From contig NW_027272213.1 in NCBI RefSeq assembly GCF_040938485.1, positions 372,001 to 436,000 on the forward strand: 64,000 bases of DNA, written 5' to 3'. Source of the stretch: Diadema antillarum. Its lineage: Eukaryota. Made by a program: the position numbers and the translations under genes. Under the pieces are notes generated by a model that searched no databases, was not told where the DNA came from, and saw only the letters and a list, made by a program, of their open reading frames with translations. Shown here piece by piece: positions 39,519 to 53,102 of this stretch; the stretch's first letter is position 1, and every line of letters starts with the position of its first letter.

Positions 39519-41250
39519 CGTACTCCCAGGTTCGGGCTGCAGCTACAGAGACAGAGGCGACGGTCCGGTCCGTGTTTGATAACTCCTTGGTGTTTAAAAG
39601 GTTGAAAGAAGGCACAGCTCGTGAGCCAGCCACCAACAGGGATCCGATCTGAAGGATGATATCACTAGTGGTGTCACTTCAGTCAGTAACTATCCGTTTA
39701 CGTTTGGCGTTTCTACACAGCCCAACCGTTAAGTTCTACTTCTAGAATCTAGTAAGTTTTAATTCCCACTCCCAGGCATGATTCCTCATGTAATTTTTTA
39801 TGTTATCTCGTTATTTTCTAGCTCCCTTGACCAATTGTTGACCGCCGTGTGCATTACTAAATTAGGTATGCAGCACTTAACTTAAAGTAATTTTAACCAT
39901 TCCAAAATTTATCATGATTTATATTCAGTATTAAATTATTTGTGTAATGTTACATTGTCATTGTGCCATTGAATTGTCACATTGATGATGCAGAAATCCA
40001 GTGGGGGCAGTGGCAGTGAATTGACCTTACAAATTACAATGAATGCAAAACATTTCATTTTGATGATCAGTGCAAACAAGAAGTTGTATAAGCTATTATT
40101 TACGTGAGGGTTTAATTTTTGCGAATTTTGCAAATCACAGTGGGATCGCGAATTTAACAACATGGGAACATGCCTCCATGCACTTTGTTGATAGAGCATT
40201 AACGTAAGCATCGATGTCAGTTCGCGAAAACAACATCTCGCGAAATGTCTGCGACCTTGTCATTCGCAAAAATTAAACGGTGTATTAAGTTAGCAGTAGC
40301 TGACAAATGGAAGGTTACACTGTTTGTAGGGCAGTTTAGAGTATGGTAACTAAAATTAGTTGGGAGGGCTGAGGGGGGATAAGGAAGTCTCAGATTTCCA
40401 GGAAGAGTGCCAGTATTGTCCAGACCAAACAAAAAAAGCGAGGGAAGGGAGGGGAAGTGTTAGTGCATTGATAATGATTAAAGGAGTGAGAATTTAATTA
40501 GATCTAATTATCAATACCATTGCTTATAAATTTGATGATATAATTCTAACAGAAGTTCAAAATAATGAAGTCCCCAAAGATATCATATATCAGAAAGAGT
40601 TGGTTTCCTTATGTCCCTCCACTTGTCTATACCACTAACCTATCCTTGTTAAATACAACTGTAGCTCACTCACAGATGCATGCACTCATACTAGTCATAG
40701 TCCCACGCCATTGGAAAGTGGTAGGGTGGGGGAGGGGAGACATAAGGAAGACTAATGTTTCAATGTGACACAGCAGAATTAATGGCAGTCAATGCATCAT
40801 GTGACATGATCATGACCTATCCAGTAAATTATTATGTAATTGAAATAAGAGCATACAGAAAAGGTGACTAAAGAGGATGAAATCATATGGAAAAATTTTC
40901 CAAACAGCATGCCATTTAACCACATGAAATGGAGGGTGTAGAGAGCTTAATGCATTGGTTACTGCGAGTGAATGCAAGATTCCCTATGACAGATGTTGGT
41001 TGGAACATGATTTTACATGGCCTGACCTTTGCATTGCTAACAAATGGTGCTTCTGGTGTTTTTGCAGCTCTGATTCACGAGTTTTACAGCCAAGGTGGGA
41101 TCACTAGACTTTAATACCCAGAGCCTATCAAGTGAACTGGAAATGGGACCCATGGTCATGAGTTGATGCTGATTGCTGTCAAAAGAAATTGAGTCCAGGA
41201 AACACCTTGATACTACTAGGCTGGTGGAACACAGATGTAGCCGCCCCAGT

Positions 41251-44200
41251 ATGCAGCTGTCACATTTTCTTGTCATTTTCGTGCTGCTTCTCATCACTAT
41301 CAGTAGGGGTAAGAAATTTATACACATAAATTTATGTCTCAGATCTCAAGAATGAAATGACATATTGTCAGTGAGATTAGACTGCAAGGATAGAAACTTA
41401 GTTCAACCTCTCAATTCCTCCTGCTTTAGTTTGCCTTGTGGGTTTGCCAGGGTGAAAATATGAGTTGAAACCCCAATGATGCTGTGCTCAGGACAGACAA
41501 GAACAATGTGTCACTGGCTCAAAAGTGGTGCAGAGCATGGTGCCACAGTAGCGTGGTGGGTCAGTTAATCACTACTTCTGTACAAAGTGGTGACTGGGCA
41601 GGTGTCTCGTGCTGTGCTATGATTAAGAACTGCAATCCAGGGGATGATTCTGCAACTGCAAGCATGGAATCATTTGATAACAAAGTTTTCTTGACTTTAT
41701 CAAGACTGTTGATTCAGGTATGCTTTGAAAGAGGGTTGGCAGATTTGCGGGGGTGATTTGCAGAGCCCTGGAAAAAAAAAATTGAGAAACTTTGAATGTG
41801 CTGATGTTTTACCCAAACAGGACAAAGTAGAGAAAAGTTTCTGTAGAGCAAGGATTCAAAAGTTCTTCCTCTCTCTCATTAATAGGGTCTGATTTATTCA
41901 CTATCTTACAGGAGATGCATCAAAACCAAATGTGCTGTTCATAGTTGCTGATGATCTACGAGCATCGCTGAATTGCTATGGTGGTCCGATTATATCCCCA
42001 AACCTTGACCAACTGGCTTCCCAATCTGCAGTCTTCAACAATGCCTTTGTGCAGGTAAAGTAATTATGATATTCTATCAAAATGTGATCCTGTAGAAGAG
42101 TAACAAATGATTGAATGCAATGATATTGAAACATGAGATACAAAGGAGATGTAGCTGGCATGCATCATAAAAAGGAGATGCAGCTGCATCATGCAACACC
42201 AGGATTATACTAAGAAAGCTGCATTCATATCTGCATCCATGATTCAGTTACTGTGGCAAGCAATGAGGATACAGAAAAGAGCTTTCTTGATTACCCACAA
42301 GCTGTGACATCAGTTGTATTGGACTTCTTGTTTATTAATTTGTATGGTACATGAGATGTTACCATTTTTCAGTTTCTTTTTTATTGTATCAAAATTTGCT
42401 TCAAGCCATTTCAGCAACTGAATAGCGTCTAAAAATAATAGTAAATGGAATCAATCCTTCACAAGTCTTCAGATAAATTCTTCCTTTTATGTACAGGTGT
42501 GTTTTGTTTTGTTTTGTTTTGTTTTGTTTTGTTTTGTTTTGTTTTGTTAGGGATGTCTTTGTATGTATTATGGGAAAGAGAAAATACTGCTTAATATGAC
42601 AGTTTATTTGCATGACAAAGATGCTGTTATCAGAATCATGCAGGGAATCCTGCAGGGAATAGTATAATACAGACATTCACATATTTATACATGTTTCACC
42701 CTATCTTATACTCCCTCCACTCTCCCATCTTCTTTTTGTTTTTCAGCAAGCTGTCTGTGGCCCAAGCCGAATCTCATTCTTGACAGGACGCAGACCAGAC
42801 ACAACCAAACTCTATGACTTTGGCTTCTACTGGAGAACCTTCGCAGGAAACTACACCACTCTGCCTCAACACTTCAAGGAAAATGGTTACTTTACTGCAT
42901 CAGTTGGCAAGGTTTTTCATCCAGGTATGATTACTGACACACAAGAAAATATAAGTCTTTTTGAAAAATAAAATGAAATCTCAGTGTCCACATACTCCAT
43001 ACTCTTCACTTTTATATACAAATCAAAAGCAGATCGTCACTGATACATAAATCAAATCTCCATGATACATGTAGTGAAATCAGTTTTGCTTAACAGTTTG
43101 AATTTCAACCTTGAAAACCAAATAAAAGTTTGGTGATAAGATTTTGGAAAAAGCTTCTACTTCAACACTATTTATTCTTTTGATTAATTAACATGTGCCA
43201 AACAAAAGCTTACCTAACCTGTGATAATGGTACATAATTCGACACATGATTTTCCATTAGTTTTTTATAATTGACATCAATATAACCCAGATGACAAGGA
43301 TGATTGCACATTTGAATTGGATGAATGTGTCAGTTTGCAAGAGTACTTGCCAGACATTGACATATCATACTTTGTTCATTCATTCATTCATTCATCCATC
43401 CATCCATCCATCCACTCATTCAATTGTTTCAATGTAGATGAAATACATCATTCTGTATGACATGTATGTGATTAGAATACCAAAAGTGAATTCCAATGGT
43501 AGCCTTTTGTTTGCTGTTATTGTTTCAGGTGTAGCTTCTAATGAAACAGATGACTACCCATACAGCTGGTCTATTCCTCCCTACCATGCTTCTACAGAGA
43601 AGTACATTTATGCCAAGGTAATGAGCAAATTCAGAATGACAGAGTGATAAACATATAAATAGGCCTGCAGTAACGTTTTTGTGTAGTGTCACCTTTTTTA
43701 AAGACGCAAAGTTACACATTGCTACCATAGCAGCCAAAGTTTAATGATAACGGTCCAATTTGTCCCTGCTATGACATGTGCAATGTAATTGAAGTATTTA
43801 ATACATTTTGTGGGAGACTTTTTTCTAACATATTACCATGATTTTGGACAGTAATTCAGCTGGAGACCATTTTAATCCACCACCTTGGCTTATTTTCGTA
43901 TGTGCAATAATAATGCATCATGCAGTGGTAGTAACTGACACAGCTGCTGAGTTGCACATACATGCACTGCATAGCATTTTACTGCTTGGTACTGTAATCA
44001 GGAAGAGAAAGAAAAATAAATCAATTCACAGGATATATTTGATGTAGTAGCATTCTTGTGTTGTTGCGTTAAGATTACTAACACAACAAAATCTTCTTGT
44101 GTAAAGCACTAAAAATCACTTTCACCTATTGTTGGGTAATACTGCAGACAATGATGAACAAAATAAAAATCAATTAACAAAATGGCACATTTTTCATTGG

Positions 44201-47200
44201 TATGCAGGGGTACCAAATATATACCACATCATATAATTCAACAAAATAGAATAATGCTCATCATGTTCCATATTAATGCATTGTCAGCAAGTTCTTAAGT
44301 CATGTCTTAATCCTTGTCAAGAATACCTTTTTATCATATCTATATTGCCTGTATCATTGTAGTCATTTAAAGGACAAGTTCACCTTCATAGACGTGTGGG
44401 TTGAGTGAATGCAGTAATATTAGTAGAACACATCAGTGAGAGTTTGAGGAAAATCGGACAATCCGTTCAAAAGTTATGAATTTTTGAAGTTTCTGCTCAG
44501 TCACAGCTGGATGAAAAGACTACTATAGCTTGTGATGTCACGTGAGTACAAAGATATAAAGAAAGAATAAAGAAAATTCAACATATTTCCATTTTTCTCG
44601 CATAACAAAAGAACACTCGACTTCTCTCTTTCAGAAGGCAGGGGGAATAATATTACCCTTAACATACGTCAGTAGCAAGTCGAAGAAATGTGTACTTTAT
44701 TCAAAAAGTAAAGTTTTGTGAAATTCTCCTTTTATTTTCCTTATATAGTTGTACGCATGTGACATCATACACTGTAGTAGTCTTCTCTTCCAGCAGTGAC
44801 TGCACAGATACTTTAAAAATTTATAACTTTTGAACGGATTGTCCAATTTTCCTCAAACTTTCACTGAAGTATTCTACTAATATTGCTGCATTCTCTCAAT
44901 CCTTATGTATATGAAGGTGGACTTGTCCTTTAATCTAAGGCATTCTTTTCATTTTATCATACAGAGTACAAGCAAAGCATTGTTGAGTTGTGTCCCTGCA
45001 CCCTTTTACAACACTGTACCTCCAAATATGAATACAGTTTATCACAACACACAGAGGCTCACACACCTTATATAATCTTGTGTCATGGCTGATCATCATT
45101 GCCCATTGATTTGTCTAATAACAGGTGTGTCCCTCAGAAGATGGAAAACTTCACAACAATGTGGTGTGTCCAGTCAACGTGTCCAAGATGCCCGAGCACT
45201 CTCTCCCAGATCTTCAGACCACTGAGAGAGCCTTGGAGATCCTGGCTAACTTGTCTGCTGCCAGGTGAGGTTCAACCTTCTCTTTGTCTCTCTCTTTTTT
45301 TCTTTTTTCTTTTTTTTTTTTAACAGCCAAAAACTTTTATAATTCACTCAGCAATACCCCGGACAGTTTGCATAACCAGAAAAACTGTGAGCTGTTAAGA
45401 TAAATCAAACATCAAATCATATTGTAAACTTTTTTTTTCTTTTTTTCTTTTTACAAGAGTGCAACAAGAGATAGATATACAAATTTGAAGAGCTTTGTGC
45501 ATCGTTGGAAAAGACTGAAAAATAATTCGTCATATATCTGCTCTTTAGTAAATTAAGATGCACTGTACTGTGAGCCACATGTGTAAATGATGGTAGTTAC
45601 AGCGGTGTTCAAATATATTTGTTTATCTTGTGGACTTTTGCAGAAAAGATTCCTCACCAGAATCACCCACCTGGGATTCGCCTTTCTTCCTGGCAGTTGG
45701 CTTCAGGAAGCCACACCTGAACTGGAAGTACCCCGAAGAGTTCCGTGACCTGTACCCCCTGGAATCTGTGGAGATCGCCCCAAACAGGCAGATTCCGGCC
45801 AAACTGCCCAGCGTGGCTTGGGCAGACTTCTTCACAACCAGACTAAGAGATGATATCAAAGCCATGAACCTCAGCTTTCCTTACGGTCTCATTCCAGATG
45901 ACTACCACGTGAGTGGGCCGTCTCTAATACTGGCCTCTGATCACTTTTTTTGGGCCTATGGCAATTACCCCCTGGGCAATTACCTGGGACTCTTCTCCTG
46001 ACCCTGACCTTAATCCTAAATCCTGATCCTAAACCTAACCCTAACCCTAATCTTTACTCTAACCTTATTACTAACCAGTATTTAGCGTGGGGTAATTGCC
46101 CTGATACGGAAAATGCTGTGTAAAAACAGCAAGCTGTTGTGTCAATGCAGTCAACCTATCTGTACCAGCTGCTTGTGGGAAGCTGCAAAAGTGGCTATTG
46201 GAGACAGGTGGCCACTATTCCATTGGTTGCTATAACAGTTTGATTATGCAATCAAATAGTGACTGTGGGATACAAATCTTGTGTCTGCTGGCTGTGTTAA
46301 ACAGGTTGCCGCCATATGCAGGGACTTAATCACTGTATTTCTTGTGGGAGAATTTTAGGTGACTGCATGAAGCAGGTGGCCACTAAAGACAGGTTTGACT
46401 GTATATACCAGTTAAGATGAAAACCTCAATCTTTCTCCCTACCGGTTCCATGACATTTGCTCCTGCGATGTAATTGCTCTCATGAAATATCTACACGCTA
46501 AGCCAACCATAAATTCTACCTACAAATGTAACCCTAACCCTAATTCCAATTCTCACACCAAACTAACCCTAAATCCTTGTCGAAAATAAGACCAGAGCTA
46601 TCGTCACAGGAGTAAATGTTGTGTCACTCTCCCTACCACATGATTCTTGTATTGTCCTCATACCTGTAGTCTAAGCCAGAACAGCCGGAAGACATTATTC
46701 AGAGGAGACCGCAAGATGAAAAGGAATGAAAAGAAAATAAGGAATATCAATAATTGCCAATCACAAGCCTTGTGGTGTATTGTAACAGTTTAAAGTCACA
46801 AACTTCTAAAACATGTGATCTTCAGTTTGTGGCAAGAATAGGTATTGATCGCTGAATTTAATGCAATTTTGACAAAGTGTATGCTTCAAAACATTCTGTT
46901 ATTGTGGCATCATACATATTGTATCATGTTCTGTGATTCAAAAGTCTCACTCCACTCACAGAAATAAAATGATTTTGTATTTATGGCTGTATGTGCATGA
47001 TTGTAATTCCATTGGATAATCTGTGTCAATGTCAATATAAAAATACAAAATCTTCAGTGCTACATGTGGAAACGAGCCTCACTTTTGCACTGCCATAAAT
47101 ATTTGCTACACACCAGGCTTTGATGAGACAGAGTTATTATTCTGCATCAACCTTCGTTGACTACGAGTTGGGCCGAGTCCTCCAAGGTTTGGAAGAGGCT

Positions 47201-48668
47201 GGATTTGCCAACAACACCATCATCTCATTTATAGGGGACCATGGTAAGGTTTAGTGACTGAAAATTTCCTTGTTAGAGAAAAAGATAGGAAAGCCACAGA
47301 AAGCTATTTAATACCCTACAATTTTTTTTTATCCTTGAATAGTTATGCCTGTAGTTTGTAAACTTCTAGTGTGTAGCAGTAGACTGCTACCTCTCTGGGT
47401 TATCCTTTTTCAATTTTATTTGATTTGATCAGAATCATATGCACAGAGCTAGCTCAGGAAGAAATTCCAAGCAGATGAATGAAAAGAAAATATGGATGCT
47501 GATTGTTCTCATGACATTCTAGAACATAATCGATAGCTTTATTAGAGAAGCTTAATGCAGATCTTTCTACCTGTTGGCAAAAGTGGTATGTACTTCGTCA
47601 AGTTTGTCATATTGATGTTATAACTTCAGGTAAAACTGAAATGTCAAGAGTTTAATCAAGAACTGGGAATCACATTATCTGTACATTTGCTGATTGTAAA
47701 ATTTAGTAAATGAAGGATTAAAAAAAAAAATTTTACTCCAAGGAAACAAAAAGTCAAAGAAAACAAAATTTAAAATCCAGGGTAAACAGAAATGCTCATT
47801 TGATAAATGGTAGATGAGGTGGAATTAAAAATTGCATGTTGCATTGTGATAGAGAGTGATTCTTAGGTTTGCAGTGCATTTTTAAGTCCTTGGAATTTTG
47901 TGATGTAATTGTTTTGCAGGGTACCAACTAGGAGAGCACGGAGAATGGAGTAAGTGTTCCAACTTTGAAGTGGCAACGAGAGTGCCTCTAATAGTGCACG
48001 TTCCTGGGATGACCGACACAAAGTTTCCACAGTTAAAGGCTAAATTTCCTCTCAGAGATCCTTTCCAACAGGCTTCCAAGAACATAAAGGAGAAATCAAA
48101 GCCAACATCTAAACTTCCAGTTGGTGCAAAGAGACGCTTAAAGGGTGATATTGGAGTGGCAGTTGAAGAGCTGGTAGAACTGGTGGACTTGTTTCCAAGT
48201 CTGTCTGAGCTGGCTGGGCTGAAGGTACCACCTGTTTGCCCTCCACAGCCATTCAAGGTGGACTTCTGTGCAGAGGGGAACAGTTTTGCACCCCTGGTAA
48301 AGGCACACAGCAGACAAGAGATCAAGCAAGAGTTTTCCAGATGGAAGAATGCTACCTTCAGCCAGTATCCCCGGCCAGGGACGACCCCGAGCGTCTACAC
48401 AGACCTGCCTAACCTAGAGATCATCACTGTCATGGGTTATTCCATGCTGACTGAAGACTACCACTACACAGAATGGGTCGGATTCAACGGCACCACGATC
48501 AAAGCTGATTGGTCGGATGTGAAAGCGAGGGAGCTTTACATCAGAGGCGTGGACCCACTGGAGGACAACAATGTGGCAGATGAAAGCGAGTATAAGGACT
48601 TGGTGCTGAAGTTGAGTCAAGAGTTACAAAATGGATGGCGCTACTCCCAGCCTGTCATGGCCAACTGA
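41251..48668 (+). CDS. IDS: Iduronate 2-sulfatase-like, copy D (complete, 8 coding exons, 582 aa)
   Basis: Exons: 41251-41308 (58; [20 protein letters not shown] signal), 41912-42054 (143), 42747-42924 (178), 43529-43617 (89), 45125-45264 (140), 45644-45908 (265), 47117-47243 (127), 47920-48668 (749); total 1749 nt, all GT-AG and phase-consistent. Confidence 0.95.
44371..44929. mobile_element. Intact Kolobok-type non-autonomous element in IDS-D intron 4
   Basis: TTAA-AGGACAAGTTCACCTTCAT ... ATGAAGGTGGACTTGTCCT-TTAA, with long subterminal inverted similarity. Confidence 0.88.
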
Positions 48669-49834
48669 AATTAGCAAGACTTTCCTGAGACCATATATAT
48701 TATGTTATACTTTAACATGTTATTTGAACATTTGTCAAATACATAAGAAATTCAAAAAACAATAAAATACTTTTTCTGATGGCACAATTTTTTTCTCTTG
48801 CATTTGCTAAGGACACTAAAAAGAATATTTACTCAAAAAATGTGCCCTTTTTTAGCTTTATTTTATAATAATACCAAAATGTCTGATTTCATGCATCATT
48901 ATGCATAAATTAGCATAATTTAGCATAAATGATAATTTGTTTAGAAATTAACTTCATGGTACTTTAGACTACGTCATGTTGAAGCAATGTGTGTGCCAAT
49001 TTGCATGGCGATCGCGCGGTCGACGGCTGAGATCTGGAGGGGGGGGGGCCTGGGATAGCTGAATAGCAATAGCTGAATAGTGTACAATTTTGTTGAAGGT
49101 AATTTCAAAATGACAGCATAAATCAGTTTCATTAAATTCAAGATTTATTTTTGAATTAGGGTTCAGATTTTGGTCTATTTTCAACCCTCTGTAGAAAACT
49201 TTAACTTTGCACAGGGGTCAATTGGTGTGTATGGTTGTGTGTGGTTAACATGCAGACAATGGTCCTGAACAATGGCCAGGATTGGAATGCTCTATTACAT
49301 ATTCACAAGAAATTCCACTATCACAGCTAGTCTTTATTCATCCTGAAATGTAGTGTATGCAAGCACACAAAAACATGTGCTTTAATACTTTTTTCATGTG
49401 CATGCAGTTTACCCTTTACCATTAATTCAGACTAGCAGTGCCCAGGGCAATTCGTCATGAATTATTAATCAAGCATTCAAGTGCCTTGGAGCAAGAGACC
49501 AGAAATGTAGTCAGCAGAGCTCTGAAAAGGTGGTATTCATGGTATTCTTGTCCATTGTTCAGGGTCATTGTAAGCACACATTGACATACACATCATTGGC
49601 TCCTGTGTAAAGCTCAATTTTGTACAGAGGGTTTAAATTTGACCAAAATCTGGAACTTAACTTTAAAATTAATCATGGATTTTTTGAAACTTCATGCTTT
49701 TATTGTCGATCACCTCCAACTAAATTGTACACTATTCAGCTATTACTAATATCAGACAGTGATATCTGATATATAATTTTTTAGCTATTAGGGATCAAAA
49801 GTGGGAAATGTTTTTTTGTAAAACCTAGCACATA

Positions 49835-50038
49835 CTGTAAAACAATATTTTCGAGGCATGAAATTTTTGTGAATTGGAGCCGATGGCCTTTTTCGCAGCA
49901 TGAAATTTTATGAGCTGCCTCTAACATTCAGGGCGTATAGTGTAGACAAAAACTTTCATGTGCATTTTGATTTTGCAAATCTTGGCTCTTGCAAAATTCA
50001 CAAAATTAAAATGCACGCAAACATTCCTAGTTTTACAA
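49835..50038. mobile_element. TA-flanked CTGTAAAAC...GTTTTACAG MITE, decayed copy
   Basis: Aligns along its length with 57254-57461. Related fragments at about 40080-40270, 52330-52540 and 57990-58160. Confidence 0.7.
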
Positions 50039-50960
50039 TAGTCATGGAGTCAATAATACAGATGATGTTGGCCTTCTGAGCAACATTACTACATGTACAT
50101 CGACAATCAGTTTACTACCAGGTATGTTTTGAGCACTGCATACACCTATTTGTAAATAGTGCCTAGTGTTGTGTTAGTGAAGTGTGTAACCCGAGTACCA
50201 AAAATATTAACGTTAAGCTCAAATAAATATTTTGTTTCTTAATTGTTGCAATCAGAATACAACATATGGAGTGTGTAATCATTAGATATGATACTGGTAG
50301 AAGTATCAACATTATGTGTTTCTTAATTCTGAGGTTGAACCTCAAATGGACTTGTGTAGGGACGATTCCAAGTCAAAGCTGCTACACATACATCTACATT
50401 GCAATGGCTTTATTAAAGTGCACTTTGTGAGGGAAGAATTATTTAATGGTGCCTATTCATGCTCCATATTCTATTTTGATGTACATATCTTTAAAATGAT
50501 ATGCATTAATCATGCTCAAGCTTAAGCTGTATATTTTGCATTTTGATAGAGGCAATGCTAAGAGTTTTGATTGACGTAGCAGTCATAAAATTTGTGTACT
50601 AACTTTGGCTGTATGTTGTATTGTAGGATACCACGGGCACCTTCAAGCTTTGAATTGAGGATTGTCAACTCACCTGAGTCAAAGACGAAGCTCCAAATTC
50701 AAGAATCTTTGCAAATCTTCTTATTGAACCAGAAGTGATAAGCTAAGTTAGTGCTATGAGTGAGTGGATTGGTGGCTGTCTTTTTCAAATTTTGTTCATG
50801 GAAGTTCGGGGGGGCAAATTGGGATCAAATTTTCTGGCTTTCATCTGCTCTTTGAAAATTAGTGCATGGTCAAATTCCCTACACACTTGGCAGGTATTAT
50901 GGCAATTGTGATATAATTTACAAATGGACACCATGCCTCCCTGGAGGCTCCATGTAACAT

Positions 50961-51042
50961 AGTCTGCAAGAATGTGTGGAAGGTGAACTTGTGATAGTTG
51001 GAGTCTGCAAGAATGTGTGGAAGGTGAACTTGTGATAGTTGG
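50961..51042. repeat. Perfect 41-bp tandem duplication
   Basis: AGTCTGCAAGAATGTGTGGAAGGTGAACTTGTGATAGTTGG twice in a row. Confidence 0.95.
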
Positions 51043-53018
51043 GTGAGCACTAGATCCATGATTGGTGTCTCTTTGTTTTTTCTTCCATCCCATTAAAACA
51101 AATAAGGATAACGATTGAATAGAAACTGTGTCAAAGTATTGCTCTAGATCAAAAACTTCTACCAGTACACATGGTTTTGTAGTCTAAAATCTGGTACTTT
51201 TTGATGGAGCCTTGCAGTTTTCATTAACCCTATTATAACTGGGCTATTTGAGACCAAGTTTTTACTGGGGGGGTCAATTTGACCCGGGAACGGTGTACCC
51301 GGAGATAGCAAATTTGGTCTCAAAATATGCGAGAGACTTCAATGCCTGGCACAGTGAAGTATTGATTGATTTGGTTTGATTGCTTATGGATGGAATAAGG
51401 GCAAATGTAAAATCTTACCTAGCTATCTGCTAAATGTGTTAGCTAAATGTTAGACATTTGATAAATGATTGATTTAAGTTGCTGTACAGGGAAAACCAGA
51501 TATAATGAGTTTGCTCATGAGGTACATGTACCACTTATAACAAGCTAAAATCATTGGTCCAGAATTTGGTTTTCCTGTGATGTAGACTATTCATTACATT
51601 CTTCTACACTCGGGTCATTGAAATGAAACTGAAATCAACCGTGTGAATCACACAGCAAAGCTAGTTTTGCATTTGGCTGTGGTGAGTGTAATGAACTTTA
51701 TGTTGTGTGCCATTCTTCATGTTTGAAATAATGCTGTATGGGTAGGCTACTACTACTTAGGCATCACTTTTATTATTATTATTTTTATTATTATTTTATT
51801 TGGCTTTCAATCACAAATACATTTTTCGAAATCAGAAAATTGTACATTGGAGTGGTAAGGGGGCACCAGGTTGGGTAGCCCGGGTCTGGAAAGAGCCAAC
51901 TAAATGACTTAGGCCCTCAGGCCATCCTCCCCAACCCACCTGGTGCACTCAAAACAGTCAGTTTACAATATAAAAAATACAAATTTCATTAACAGGCATA
52001 CATAAAAAACAAAAACAAAACAACTGTTTCTTTGTAAGTGTCAATTTGAGATATGTGAACCTACCAATCTTTCTTATTCCATTCAGATATCAGAGGTCAT
52101 TTTCTAAATAAAATACTACTAAGAAAAAAAAAAAAATTATACATTGCATATATGTATGTCAGCTCTTAAATGACAGTTTTAACAGTACTATTTGTGATTT
52201 CCATGGAATTATGGCAATACATGTAATAAAATTAGCACACATTTTATGCATTTGCATCTGTTGTCAATTATTTCCCATTGATGTTTGTATGAATTTGCTA
52301 AAATGATTGCTTTCTTATCATAATTAACCCCATTTGAATAACTGTAAGAATGGATATTTTCGTGCGACTACCCGGCCGGGTAAGAAGAGTTCTGCTTGTC
52401 TTTAATTGCGGAGAATCAAGATATAAACTACTTGAACATATGGCAAGCAAAAATATTCGGGTGCTCTTATTTTCACGCTTGTTTGTTTTTGCATGAAAAG
52501 AGTGAAAATTTTAACACTGTGAAAATTTCCACTTTTACAGTAAATATCCAGAAAAAGTTCATGCAGTGATAACTGTGGCTACTATGATAAGAGCTAGGCA
52601 ACAGAGATAGAAGAGCTTGTTAGATGTTGCTGTAGTAGCTTATATCATGGCAACTGCAAATCTCTGAATAGAAAAACACACACACACACGCACACACACA
52701 CACACACACACACAGACCACACACCACATCCTACACATACGCCACACACACACATGCTCACAGAGTACATTTTGTACACATACTCACATGTACAGTGCAC
52801 TCCCATTATAATAAACACGGTTGCAATATGTATTGTATAACAAAACTCTTGTTGCAAGGAAGTAAATATTAAAGTCCTATGATTATCACTCATCTATACC
52901 TTTATTATTTATATACTGGTACTGTATAATTATTGTTTGGCTATAATGAAATTTCGATATAATGAAAGAAAGCTGCAAGTCCCAAGGACTTCATTACAAA
53001 CAGAGCTGTGCATCTGTA

Positions 53019-53019
<1 letters not shown>

Positions 53020-53100
<81 letters not shown>
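53020..53100. repeat. (AC)n microsatellite, about 40 units
   Basis: Seen directly, at the right end of the MITE at 52793-53018. Confidence 0.95.

Positions 53101-53102
<2 letters not shown>

Noticed and set aside
46015-46570. CCCTAA telomere-like repeats
   Set aside because: Only 2-3 degenerate units embedded in two small repeat fragments in IDS-D intron 6; not an interstitial telomere.
4029-48668. Horizontal (bacterial) origin of the expanded sulfatases
   Set aside because: All copies have spliceosomal introns, with exon sizes (178, 89, 127 bp) shared across copies and, as I recall, with vertebrate IDS.
31546-48668. Orthology of the C/D inverted pair with human IDS/IDSP1
   Set aside because: D is a full-length intact gene arranged head-to-head, whereas IDSP1 is a partial primate pseudogene; the resemblance is best treated as convergent.
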